Positions 1 through 9,184 are shown, numbered from the stretch's first letter. The stretch is 32,000 nt of DNA from Candidatus Scalindua sp. (GCA_031316235.1 JALDRA010000001.1:2850001-2882000), one strand, 5' to 3'. Translations and numbers: made by a program. The notes: a model not told the origin generated them from the sequence alone.

Positions 1-996
1 TGCAAAATAGCCGTCACTGTCTTCAATCAGAAACCGGGACTGGTTCCTCATCTGTAAATCCTTACCAATAAGGTACGTCTCACCCGACTCTCCCAGGCCC
101 ACACCCTTCCAGTCGTTACCTGATGTCATGACCTGGTTAATCTTATCTATGGGCATCTGGAATAACAGAACACCGACCTTCCTGGAACCATCATATATGG
201 GTGATGCGATAAAGCTTGCTGCACCCTCATAGGATGGCGGATACGGTTCGAAATCTTCCAGTTTTACATAATTTGGATTGCTGCTGTTATTCGCTTCACG
301 GAAGACCCTGCCCAGATTGGTCCCCGCATATGGTCCATCCTTCAAAGAGGTGGTAAAGTCTAATTCTTTATATACGCTATAGACGATGTCACCACTATCA
401 GGGTCGACGAGAAATATGTCATAATACCCGAACTGTTCAAGGAAGTCCCTTATGACAGGATGATATTCTGCGTGAATCCTGCTATAGGTTGACCTGTCAT
501 CTGCATAATCGAGTTTGTGTTTCTCTCCGAGTTGATTATGGTTCTCCTTTATGTACACATACTGCAGTGCTATTGAATCGTCATCAAGTTGATTGAGATA
601 GCTGGCTGTCTGGGGGACCTTGCCGTTATTCTGGTTTCTGTATTCTGCAGCAAAATCTCCTGTGTAATAGGACTTCAGGGATGAACGATACTCTTTTAAC
701 TGAGAGTCAGTAAGTTCATTTTCCTTCTGGAACTCTTTAAAGGCGACCTTGAACTCCTTCATCGCATCAACGACCATCTTGTTTCCGGAAAAGGTGTGCA
801 CCTGTTTCCTTATGGTAGTAAAGTAGTCTTCTATCTGTTTTTTTTTTGTTTCCCGTACCGAAACAAGCTGGTTAAATGCCTGCTTCTGCAGAGATGTACT
901 TGCGCTTCTGTTCCCGAGGATTCCCATAACGACAAAGGGTATTATCCCTGCCACGAGAAACAGGGTAATAATCTTTATTCCCATTCCCATTTTCAT
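1..996 (-). CDS. Transmembrane sensor, N-terminal part (signal anchor plus periplasmic double-Cache-like ligand-binding domain). Probably a methyl-accepting chemotaxis protein whose C-terminus lies left of the window.
   Basis: Not in the ORF track because it runs off the window. The reverse strand is open for 332 codons from ATG (996-994) to base 1, with AAGGAG about 11 nt upstream. The translation MKMGMGIKIITLFLVAGIIPFVVMGILGNRS...QLVSVRETKKKQIEDYF...YDIFLVDPDSGDIVYSVYKELDF...GESGETYLIGKDLQMRNQSRF has the pattern of Cache_3-Cache_2/dCache receptor heads. It is the last gene of the che operon, directly after cheW. Confidence 0.75.
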   Translation of the reverse strand, partial: MKMGMGIKIITLFLVAGIIPFVVMGILGNRSASTSLQKQAFNQLVSVRETKKKQIEDYFTTIRKQVHTFSGNKMVVDAMKEFKVAFKEFQKENELTDSQLKEYRSSLKSYYTGDFAAEYRNQNNGKVPQTASYLNQLDDDSIALQYVYIKENHNQLGEKHKLDYADDRSTYSRIHAEYHPVIRDFLEQFGYYDIFLVDPDSGDIVYSVYKELDFTTSLKDGPYAGTNLGRVFREANNSSNPNYVKLEDFEPYPPSYEGAASFIASPIYDGSRKVGVLLFQMPIDKINQVMTSGNDWKGVGLGESGETYLIGKDLQMRNQSRFLIEDSDGYFA

Positions 997-1078
997 AGTT
1001 TACTTTTCTCCTTCTTGGTAGAACCACTGCAAAAATAAAATTAGATGATAAAAACCAGAATACCTGACTGAGATGTTA

Positions 1079-1558
1079 TTACGCTAACTGCTCAACCATC
1101 TCCAACTCATCAGTCGATAGTATCTCGTTGATATCGAGTAGAATGATAATCTTATTTTTTGCCTTACCCAGCCCCATAATAAAGCTCGTATCTATACCGT
1201 GTCCGAATTGCGGAGTATCTTCTACCTCTCCATTCTTGATATCAAGCACCTCAGAGACATTGTCAACCACGACGCCAATCGGCGCATTATTCACCTCAAC
1301 GACGATTATACAGGTCTCTTGTGTATGCTCTACTTCCGGCATCGAGAACTTGAGCCGCAGATCTATTATGGGGATAACCTTACCCCGTAGATTAATGACC
1401 CCTCTCAGGTAATCCGGGGTCTGTGGTACCGGCGTAATGCCGATAACGCCAATGATCTCTCTTACCTTGAGGATCTCGATACCGTACTCTTCTTTGCTGA
1501 GGATAAAAGTCAGAAATTTACCTTCATCAACTATATTTTTTTGTACCGCTGCTTCCAT
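1079..1558 (-). CDS. cheW: Chemotaxis coupling protein CheW
   Basis: 159-aa single CheW-like domain: KFLTFILSKEEYGIEILKVREIIG...PDYLRGVINLRGKVIPIIDLRLKF...IIVVEVNNAPIGVVVDNVSEVLDI. Lies immediately downstream of cheA. Confidence 0.95.
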   Translation of the reverse strand: MEAAVQKNIVDEGKFLTFILSKEEYGIEILKVREIIGVIGITPVPQTPDYLRGVINLRGKVIPIIDLRLKFSMPEVEHTQETCIIVVEVNNAPIGVVVDNVSEVLDIKNGEVEDTPQFGHGIDTSFIMGLGKAKNKIIILLDINEILSTDELEMVEQLA

Positions 1559-1683
1559 TTCTTTCCCCCTTCTTTTTATGTATGATTTCGTGTATTACAA
1601 AGAATGTCAGGTACATCATTCGCATTAAAGGTTCCAGCCGTTCAAAGGTAAGATGGAGAATAAAAAGTTTTCTATCAGATTTG

Positions 1684-3711
1684 TTACGCTGCAAGCGCTG
1701 CCTCTTTGATTCCACTTACGTCCAATATTAATCCGACCTTTCCATCACCCAGTATTGCACCACCTGAAATACCTTTGACGCCTTTAAATGTGTCCCCGAG
1801 ACTTTTTATGACAACCTGCTGCTGGCCTAACAGTTCGTCAACCAGTATGCTGAATTTCCCTTCTTCAGTTTCCACAATTACAACGATAGCTTCCCATGGA
1901 TTTGTCTTTTTCGTATCAATATTGTAAAGCTTATGGAGACGAACAAGAGGAAAGAGATTCCCTCTCATATTCACGACTTCCCCCTGATTCTTTATGGTAC
2001 TGATTTCTTCCTTTCTGGGACGTAACGATTCTGAGATGGAAATAGTTGGTATAATGTATTTGGTGCTGCCTACGTTGACTACTATTCCATCAATGATTGC
2101 AAGGGTGAGCGGGAGTTTGATGGTAAATGTGGAGCCCTTCCCCTCTTCTGATGTTACGTCGATCTTACCACGAAGTTTTTCGATGTTCTTCTTCACTACA
2201 TCCATGCCTACTCCACGGCCTGAAATATTAGTGATCTTTTCTGCTGTAGACAGACCCGGTGAGAAGATTAGATTGTATATCTGGTTGTCACTCATTACAG
2301 AATGTTCTTTAACGAGGCCTTTATCTATGGCTTTATTAAGTATCTTCTCCTTCTGCAGCCCTGTGCCATCGTCCTCTATTTGTATTATAATATTTCCTCC
2401 CTTGTGATAGGCGCTCAGCTTAACTGCTCCTTTTTTTCTCTTACCACTGGCAATCCTCTTCTCTTCCGATTCAATTCCGTGATCTACCGAGTTTCTTAAG
2501 ATGTGAACGAGTGGGTCTGCGATTACTTCAATGACGTTCTTGTCAAGTTCAGTATCCTCACCTGAGATTATGAGCTCTACCTCTTTATTCGCATGCATGG
2601 ATACATCTCTAACCAGTCTCGACATCTTCTGAAATGTCTGTTTTAGTGAAACCATTCTCATAGACATTACCTGATCTTGAATATCCTTGGTTATCTTACT
2701 CAGGTGAGAGAGATTTTTGTTCGACCCATTCTCATTGTTACAGCCGTACTTCAGATCTCCTGATATCAAGGTGTTTGCTATTACCAGTTCACCCACGAGA
2801 TCAAACAGGTTGTCGAGTTTGTCTGTATCAACTTTAACGGTTCTCGATTGTTCTTTTCTGGCCTGTCGAGTTTTCAGTGCATCTTCTATATTTTCTTGCG
2901 TTGTAACTCCATTATCTACTAATATCTCCCCGACTTTACGTTTTTGTTCTTTTATGGCCTCTTGGAGTTGTTGCTCTGTAAGAGTGCCGTTTTTGACAAG
3001 AATTTCTCCTACAGGCTTCCACAGACTCCTTTTTTGCTCTTCGATAGCCTTGTCGATAAAATCCTGGGATACTGTTCCATTTTCTATGAGGATCTCACCC
3101 AGCTTTCTGCCTTTTTCTTTGAGAGCCGTATCAAGTTGTTCCTGAGTGATAATGGAATTTCTTACCAAGAATTCACCAATATGTTCATTCTCAGTGATAT
3201 GGTCTTCTCTTTTATATTGTGCGGACTGTGGTTGAGTATCTGTTTCTCCATTAAGCATGGTTAATATGCGGTTAATGATTGGTTGTATGTCTACTGATTG
3301 CTCATGTGTGGAAGACGCTGCATCGTCTTTTCCTCTTAATGTCATATCTACTTTGACAGAAAGAGTATCTCTGAGTGTCCTGAGAATATCAATTGAGTCG
3401 AGACATAAGGTTGTTATTTTCTTGGTAAATGGTATTTCACCCTTCCTTGCCTTATCAAGCAGTGTTTCAAGTTCATGACTGAGTCTCTGAATATCGGTGA
3501 GCCCCAGGAATCCAGCACTTCCCTTTATGCTGTGGATGCTTCTGAATATGGCATTGATCAGTTCATAGTCCAGGTTCTCATTGTCAATACTGAGAATATT
3601 GCTTTCTGACTCTTCAAGATGGTCTTGTACCTCAGACAGAAACTCCAGGAATATCTCCGAATCATCCTTAATATCAAGTGTAAATTCATTGGTCTCCGGG
3701 TTGCCGTTCAT
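1684..3711 (-). CDS. cheA: Chemotaxis histidine kinase CheA with an atypical insert of T2SSE_N/MshEN-like repeats between P1 and P3
   Basis: HPt P1 with phospho-His (IHSIKGSAGFLGL). P3 dimerisation segment (VKVDTDKLDNLFDLVGELVI). HATPase N box (HILRNSVDHGIE), G1 (DDGTGL) and G2 (GRGVGMDVV). C-terminal CheW-like P5. Residues 177-283 are four LGEILxxNG-type repeats instead of a recognisable P2. Confidence 0.95.
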   Translation of the reverse strand: MNGNPETNEFTLDIKDDSEIFLEFLSEVQDHLEESESNILSIDNENLDYELINAIFRSIHSIKGSAGFLGLTDIQRLSHELETLLDKARKGEIPFTKKITTLCLDSIDILRTLRDTLSVKVDMTLRGKDDAASSTHEQSVDIQPIINRILTMLNGETDTQPQSAQYKREDHITENEHIGEFLVRNSIITQEQLDTALKEKGRKLGEILIENGTVSQDFIDKAIEEQKRSLWKPVGEILVKNGTLTEQQLQEAIKEQKRKVGEILVDNGVTTQENIEDALKTRQARKEQSRTVKVDTDKLDNLFDLVGELVIANTLISGDLKYGCNNENGSNKNLSHLSKITKDIQDQVMSMRMVSLKQTFQKMSRLVRDVSMHANKEVELIISGEDTELDKNVIEVIADPLVHILRNSVDHGIESEEKRIASGKRKKGAVKLSAYHKGGNIIIQIEDDGTGLQKEKILNKAIDKGLVKEHSVMSDNQIYNLIFSPGLSTAEKITNISGRGVGMDVVKKNIEKLRGKIDVTSEEGKGSTFTIKLPLTLAIIDGIVVNVGSTKYIIPTISISESLRPRKEEISTIKNQGEVVNMRGNLFPLVRLHKLYNIDTKKTNPWEAIVVIVETEEGKFSILVDELLGQQQVVIKSLGDTFKGVKGISGGAILGDGKVGLILDVSGIKEAALAA

Positions 3712-3728
3712 TTGATCTGGCTCCTTCC

Positions 3729-5924
3729 TTAAAAGTCTCTGAAATTCTCATCATATTCTTTGAAAGTATCTTCTCCCATTGGTATTACTGAAGTTTCATC
3801 TTCATAGCGATATCCGTTCTTTTCCTGAGTTTGTAACGGTGATTTATGTTCTGTTGATGACAGATTATTGGTGTGGGAGAGGTTTCTTTTAGGCCTATAT
3901 TGCCTTTTGTGTCTCTTTATACTTATATTATGATCAGGTATTCTCTTTTGTATTCGTTTCCGGTACTCGGTGTTGGAATTATCACAACCTCCAACCTGTT
4001 CTGATAATATCTTGACCTGGTCAAGCAGTGTTTGTGACTGTGCAGACATCTCTTCACTTGCCGCAGCAGTCTCTTCAGCATTGGCTGCATTCTGCTGGGT
4101 TACCTGGTCCATCTGGTTAATGGCTTGACTCACCTGGTCTATTCCACCAGCCTGTTCGTCAGATGCCGTAGCGATCTCTTCTATGAGGATGGTTACCTTC
4201 TTTACGTTGGTCACGATGTTGGCTAACACCTCCTTACACTTACCAGATAACTCTGTACCCGCATTTGCCTTTCCAACACAATCTTCAATCAATTCCGTAG
4301 TATCTTTTGCCGCAGCAGAACTCCTCTGTGCAAGATTTCTGACCTCTTCAGCCACTACGGCAAACCCTTTGCCATGCTCTCCAGCCCTGGCAGCCTCTAC
4401 TGCGGCGTTCAAGGCAAGGAGGTTGGTCTGGAATGCTATGCCGTCTATTACCTTGATGATATCGCTGATCTTTTTACTGCTATTGTTAATGTCGAGCATC
4501 GCATCGTTCATCTCGTGCACAGACTTGCTCCCTGACTCTGCCGTATTGTTGCATAGAGAGGCGAGTTGGGAGGCCTCTTTTGCATTATTGGCATTTTGTT
4601 TTGTTGTTGATGACATCTCTTCCATGGTTGCCGAGGTCTCCTCGATAGCAGAGGCCTGTTCTGATGCCCCTTGTGCCAGACTCTGGCTTGAGGATGATAT
4701 CTGACCCGATGCAGACGCAACCTGTTCAGCTCCTTCTCCGAGTTTGGCACTCAGTTCTCGCAGGAATGTGAGTAATGGACGTGCAAAGAAAAACCATCCG
4801 AGCCCTATCACCAGGCAGACAAGCCCCAATGATCCACCTTGAACCCACATCAGCATTATCGTTTTATCCGCTGAACTGACCTGGTACATATTAACTGCCT
4901 CATCTATTCCATTCATGGTTGCATTGGCACTGTCATAGGCAATACCATAAGCAGCGATATACTCTGCAGAATTCGGCTCTACCTTTGTCAGTGTGCCAAA
5001 ATTTTCTTGTGTCTTCTCCCACAACTGCTTCACTTCGTTGAGCTTGCTGCGGATTGTACCGTCTTCTGCGGGAGAGAGTGTCGCAAAGCTTGTCATTTCG
5101 AGATCAAGCGGTGCCTCCCCGCCATTGATGAGCGCGGAAAGGGTTGTATCAAACACTCTTTTTGTCTTGAGAAAAGATCCTGCACCAAACTCTTTCTCTC
5201 CGGAATCCGCAAAGAACGCCTCTGTTTCCGCACTTACCGTACCTATAGGGATGTTGACCACAAGTATCCCCATAACCTCTCCTAATTTAAAGTCTTTCTT
5301 GGGACTCTCTTCATGTGCATTATGGCAACTTACGCAACCATTAGCTGACGCGACATCAGCGGTTGCGTAACGAAGGGTGTAGATGCCATCGTGGACCATG
5401 AAACGGGAGAATGATTTGCCATTTTTAGAATAGAGATAGTCAAATGCCTCCTTCTCAAAATCAGTTTTGAGCCCTTTTTCTCTGTTTATATTCCACTTGC
5501 TCAGGAGGTTATAACTGTAGACACCTTTCTCATTTATACTGGCGGAAACTTCCTGAACAAAGGTTGCGGGGAGGGGAATGCCTCCATCAATCCTGGCGTA
5601 ATCCCTTTCTGGATGGACGTCTAGAACGCCGTCCTTTTTCAGCTTTGAGATGATGTTATCTGTATATTGTTTCCGATCTTCCACAATCTGGAGTGTTGCG
5701 ATTTCAGCAGTCTTCAGGGTGCTGTGGCGGACCTGCCGTGGAATCAGTTCATCAAGGTATTCTTTCGTAAATTTCTGAGTCAGCATGCTCTGCCTGCCAG
5801 CCAGATTGACCGTCTGTCTATCTTTTTGCTGACCGCGGATAGTCTTGAATACAAAAAATGCACCAGTCAATACGGTGACAAAGAATATTGAAAAAACTAA
5901 TGCAAACTTTCTTCCTATCGTCAT
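3729..5924 (-). CDS. Methyl-accepting chemotaxis protein with a periplasmic c-type-heme sensor domain (DUF3365/Tll0287-like) nested in a PilJ-type helical module
   Basis: N-terminal TM segment. [13 protein letters not shown] (PilJ/NarX-like P-box signature). CVSCH heme-c attachment motif at residues 197-201 (nt 5322-5336) within ...[47 protein letters not shown]. Second TM near residues 357-381. Conserved MCP hairpin [37 protein letters not shown]. Confidence 0.93.
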   Translation of the reverse strand: MTIGRKFALVFSIFFVTVLTGAFFVFKTIRGQQKDRQTVNLAGRQSMLTQKFTKEYLDELIPRQVRHSTLKTAEIATLQIVEDRKQYTDNIISKLKKDGVLDVHPERDYARIDGGIPLPATFVQEVSASINEKGVYSYNLLSKWNINREKGLKTDFEKEAFDYLYSKNGKSFSRFMVHDGIYTLRYATADVASANGCVSCHNAHEESPKKDFKLGEVMGILVVNIPIGTVSAETEAFFADSGEKEFGAGSFLKTKRVFDTTLSALINGGEAPLDLEMTSFATLSPAEDGTIRSKLNEVKQLWEKTQENFGTLTKVEPNSAEYIAAYGIAYDSANATMNGIDEAVNMYQVSSADKTIMLMWVQGGSLGLVCLVIGLGWFFFARPLLTFLRELSAKLGEGAEQVASASGQISSSSQSLAQGASEQASAIEETSATMEEMSSTTKQNANNAKEASQLASLCNNTAESGSKSVHEMNDAMLDINNSSKKISDIIKVIDGIAFQTNLLALNAAVEAARAGEHGKGFAVVAEEVRNLAQRSSAAAKDTTELIEDCVGKANAGTELSGKCKEVLANIVTNVKKVTILIEEIATASDEQAGGIDQVSQAINQMDQVTQQNAANAEETAAASEEMSAQSQTLLDQVKILSEQVGGCDNSNTEYRKRIQKRIPDHNISIKRHKRQYRPKRNLSHTNNLSSTEHKSPLQTQEKNGYRYEDETSVIPMGEDTFKEYDENFRDF

Positions 5925-5970
5925 CTGTTTTTCTCCTTCAATTAAATGGTATTAGGTGGTGGATTTCGAT

Positions 5971-6008
5971 AACCAGTTACTCCAGATAATAATCTGCAGT
6001 AACTGGTT
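5971..6008. other. Perfect 11-bp inverted repeat (AACCAGTTACT / AGTAACTGGTT, 16-nt loop) between the CheC-like/REC gene and the MCP gene
   Basis: Read directly: 5971-5981 is the exact reverse complement of 5998-6008. A T-run (GTTTTT) follows on the plus strand only, so it is not a canonical intrinsic terminator for the minus-strand operon. Confidence 0.6.
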
Positions 6009-6086
6009 GTTTTTCACAATAAGTTAAAATGATACTATATGTACAATCGATGTGACGGGTAATAAGACGAACTCACCTGTTCTTTA

Positions 6087-7082
6087 TCAAAATAAAACAT
6101 CCTGTTTTTTTCTGAATTTATATCTGTTCATTTTCTGTAAGAGTGTTGCCTTTGTAAATGGTTTTACCAAGAAATTCTTTGCTCCAGCTTCTAATGAAGT
6201 GATTACCGCACTTTCAGTTGGTTTGGAAGATGTCATGATGATGGGGATGCTTTTCGTATATGGTGTTTTTTTTATCTTTTTGCATATTTCTATGCCACTT
6301 TGTTCCGGCAAGGTTAGATTCATCAGTATCAGGTGTATTTTTTCCTTGTGCAGAAGGGTGAAGGTTTCGTTTGCATTATTCGTAACAAGTGGTTTGAATT
6401 CAGTATTGGCCAGATATCTTCTTATTATTTTGATATCGGTAACAGAGTCGTCTAGTATTAAGACATTCGTGGTTTTGTCATGTATCTGTTCTCCAAAGAA
6501 ATCTTCAACCAAATCTATCTGCATGAATATATTGAAATTTCCGGTTTCAAAGCCCTTTATCAACAGGAGAGAGGAGAGTTGCAGATAATCGTCACTGGAC
6601 AGGTCTGGAAAAATATCTTTTGCGGTTTCTCCGTTTATCGATGTACAGGTAGAGAGCTTTATGTGAACAGGTTTTGGCAATTTATTTCTAAACACGTTGT
6701 CAATTATTCCTGTGAACTGGTTTCCGAACTCTTTCAGACCGTCAGTGCAATCTTCATCGATTTCTTCTTTTTCTATTTTCTCCTTTATCTGAGTGTCATC
6801 GTATCCCAGAAGTGAACCTCCTATCTTGATACCGTCTTTTATCTGCATGAGAGTGCAGATGTATCCGGTGTAGGAGTCCTCAATTTCTGATTTAATTAAA
6901 AAAAATTGACCTGTATTGGCGGTAAAAAATTTTTCAAGAGTTATGATGTTGAAATTTGGTTTAGAGATACCGATATTTCTGCCAATAAGTTTAGTACAAT
7001 CTTCATTTAATTTGCTTAATGTATGATCTATCAGAGATTTCATTCTTGGAGGACAAATGATCGATTCAGTAGATGTGTTCAT
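6087..7082 (-). CDS. CheC/CheX-like domain fused to a C-terminal receiver domain that has Asn at the phospho-acceptor position
   Basis: N-terminal ~200 aa carries one D-x3-E-x2-N motif (DGLKEFGN, residues 114-121), as in CheC/CheX/FliY active sites. The C-terminal REC has the acidic pair (ILDD), T/S (IIMTSS) and Lys (LVKPF). However, beta3 reads HLILMNLTLPEQSG, with N255 (nt 6318-6320) where Asp is expected. Confidence 0.8.
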   Translation of the reverse strand: MNTSTESIICPPRMKSLIDHTLSKLNEDCTKLIGRNIGISKPNFNIITLEKFFTANTGQFFLIKSEIEDSYTGYICTLMQIKDGIKIGGSLLGYDDTQIKEKIEKEEIDEDCTDGLKEFGNQFTGIIDNVFRNKLPKPVHIKLSTCTSINGETAKDIFPDLSSDDYLQLSSLLLIKGFETGNFNIFMQIDLVEDFFGEQIHDKTTNVLILDDSVTDIKIIRRYLANTEFKPLVTNNANETFTLLHKEKIHLILMNLTLPEQSGIEICKKIKKTPYTKSIPIIMTSSKPTESAVITSLEAGAKNFLVKPFTKATLLQKMNRYKFRKKQDVLF

Positions 7083-7145
7083 ATCTTTTTCAATAACGAT
7101 AAACCTGAAATATTTGGTTTAATTTGAGTTGTCTTTTATCAGCTT

Positions 7146-7688
7146 TTAACTTTTTTCGTGGTTTATTTTCATGCCGACATGAAAAGTACCTTCCGCTGAT
7201 GAAAAAGGAAATATCACCCACATGTTCTGATTATTAGCAGGTTTCACGTACAAAGGGGAGTGCGTGCACTCTCCATTTTCTCTGCTTGAAGATGAAATGG
7301 TCATATCGGTTCCTGCAACTACTAAAGGGACCGCTAAATGCATTGTCCCAAGATCGGTGTAAACTCTATTTTTCAAATTGCCCGCAATCATATTTGTTAC
7401 TTCTCCAATGGCATCTTTGGTGTCATGGTCTAGTTCAAAAGTATCAATTCCCAACATGAGAGACGTGATCTTGAGTGCGATTTTCCTGCTGCAGAACAGA
7501 GCGATAATGCCGGAATGTTCACCCGAAAAACTGACCAGAGACATGACCTCTTCCTGAATATCTTTTTCCTCGCGGTTAAACACTTTTCCAGACTTTATTT
7601 CCAAAGGTATCATTGTAGAAAATATTTCATACGTGGAATCTATAATTTCTTTTTCAACCGTCTCAAATAATGTTGATGTCGTTTTCAT
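7146..7688 (-). CDS. cheX: CheY-P phosphatase CheX
   Basis: 180 aa. Single CheC-family active-site motif DAIGEVTNMIAGN (D92-x3-E96-x2-N99) followed by Pro about 22 residues later (HLAVPLVV). Size and single-site layout fit CheX. Lies between cheY and the CheC-like fusion. Confidence 0.85.
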   Translation of the reverse strand: MKTTSTLFETVEKEIIDSTYEIFSTMIPLEIKSGKVFNREEKDIQEEVMSLVSFSGEHSGIIALFCSRKIALKITSLMLGIDTFELDHDTKDAIGEVTNMIAGNLKNRVYTDLGTMHLAVPLVVAGTDMTISSSSRENGECTHSPLYVKPANNQNMWVIFPFSSAEGTFHVGMKINHEKS

Positions 7689-7815
7689 TTAATATCTCCG
7701 CTGTATCGCCGAATAGCAGTAAGTATTTTTTATAATAACGTATGAACAAGCAGATTTATACTGTTAGAGAGTACGGACGTTGTCTTTTTTGGAAAAAACA
7801 GAAAATATGTATTAA

Positions 7816-8193
7816 TCAGTTTATCATGAGATATTTACCAAGTGTATCTCTTAGCTGTGCAGCAGTAAATGGTTTGGTAATATAATCGTTGGCTCCACTA
7901 TCCTTTGCTTCTGTCTTTTTTGCATCTGATCCTTCGGTAGTCACCATAACAACTGGTATCTTCCTGGGAAGATTTAATGACCGCAGTGTCTTTACAAATT
8001 CTATACCCGACATAGTAGGCATGTTCCAATCGCATAAAATTAAATCCAATTCATTTGCAGAGACTTTTTCCAGGGCCTGTGCCCCATCTCCGGCTTCTAC
8101 AAATTCATTAACAATTAAGCCTGATTCTTTTATGTTCCTTTGTATTATCTTTCTCATTACAGCTGAATCGTCAACCAATAGGACTTTTGACAT
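7816..8193 (-). CDS. cheY: Chemotaxis response regulator CheY
   Basis: 125-aa stand-alone receiver: VLLVDDSAVMRK, DLILCDWNMPTMSG (acceptor Asp), VVMVTTEG, YITKPF. Confidence 0.95.
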   Translation of the reverse strand: MSKVLLVDDSAVMRKIIQRNIKESGLIVNEFVEAGDGAQALEKVSANELDLILCDWNMPTMSGIEFVKTLRSLNLPRKIPVVMVTTEGSDAKKTEAKDSGANDYITKPFTAAQLRDTLGKYLMIN

Positions 8194-8282
8194 TGTTGAT
8201 CCCTTACCTTTCTTATAAAAAAGTTTAAAATTTTTCGTATGTGTCGCTCAATTAGTTCTTGTACCTTCACACGGTTTTTTTA

Positions 8283-8310
8283 TCTTCGGAATATGTCTTT
8301 GAAAACTTTA
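8283..8310 (-). promoter_or_regulatory. Candidate sigma28 (FliA)-type promoter for the cheY operon
   Basis: The reverse strand reads TAAAGTTT-N12-TCCGAAGA. The -35 half matches TAAAGTTT exactly. The -10 half matches GCCGATAA at 5/8, with a spacer one nt longer than consensus. It lies ~90 nt upstream of the cheY ATG. Such an 8-mer is expected roughly once by chance in an AT-rich 32-kb window, so this is weak. Confidence 0.35.
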
Positions 8311-8678
8311 ATGATATGTTTCATTCGAATTTTCAACAGGGAGCATTTGTTTGCTAAGTGTTATTTTGAAAGTTAGTAATAAGCAAAATATTTGCCGTTT
8401 TCAACGGTAAGAAAGTAAGTTGCCAATGAATCATCTTAAGATACAGAACCTGTTGACTATGAGTATTTGCCTTTGGGTAAATGAAAAAAAGAATTTGTCA
8501 GTTTCCTGGGGTGTATGTTTTTTGCTGGGGTTGGAGGGGACGAAAAGTTACAGGAAGAACTTTTCTGCCAGTTAATAGACCATCACAGCTGTTATTTTCT
8601 CCATAATGTTGAATTGTTAGACAAGAGTATTTCCATGAGACAGAACTGGATAATAAGTTAACAAAAGAGATAAGTTGA

Positions 8679-8765
8679 TATACTGAAACCGGACCAGGCG
8701 CCGAGGACTTTACTCGCTCAAATGTATCTCGGATTTTATCCGAAAATCATTATGAGATGAGTATA
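8679..8765 (+). repeat. Bipartite palindromic element, copy 1 (module A truncated to its first ~10 nt, carries the extra CCGGAC...GAGGACTTTA segment, module B complete)
   Basis: TATACTGAAA-CCGGACCAGGCGCCGAGGACTTTA-CTCGCTCAAATGTATCTCGGATTTTATCCGAAAATCATTATGAGATGAGTATA. Module B is near-identical to copies 2-6. Confidence 0.85.
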
Positions 8766-8803
8766 TTTTCATAATTACGTTAGAAACAGGTAAATATTAA
8801 TTT

Positions 8804-8818
8804 TGGCCAACTTTTTGC
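8804..8818 (+). promoter_or_regulatory. Candidate sigma54 (-24/-12) promoter with no obvious gene directly downstream
   Basis: TGGCCA-ACTTT-TTGCG, with exact GG-N10-GC spacing. The next convincing CDS (flgM) starts 450 nt downstream. Confidence 0.3.
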
Positions 8819-9184
8819 GTTTAAATACACCATCTTCTGGTACAACCTGATGCAACGGTTGCGCATCTTTTTGATTTTTTGCTAAAGTATTTGTAGTGAG
8901 TGACGATAGTAAAGAGAAAAGCTGTTGTAACTTTTGTGTAAGGAGTTTAGAATTGAAAGGGTTAGAGTATGAGTATTTTGATGATATTTATCCATCAATT
9001 TTAAAAAAACATCCGTCATTCTTTAAAAGTATGGTATTACATGTAGCAGGATTCTTTGTCTGCCTGTGGCGTAGAGTATATTAAATTTCAGGAATCTGAG
9101 ATGACGGTTGGATGAGATATTGTCATGAGTGAGTTTTGCCTGACAGAGAGCTCTCTTGAGGTTACAATAGATGGATTTATTTGT

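Noticed and set aside
7695-7730. Sigma28-like -10 box (GGCGATAC, reverse strand) upstream of cheX
   Set aside because: No TAAA -35 element at the required 15-nt spacing; only A-runs are present. This is insufficient for a call.
8896-9084. 62-aa GTG-initiated ORF in the divergent control region
   Set aside because: No RBS and no recognisable domain. It is kept only as a possibility under the orphan sigma54 promoter finding.
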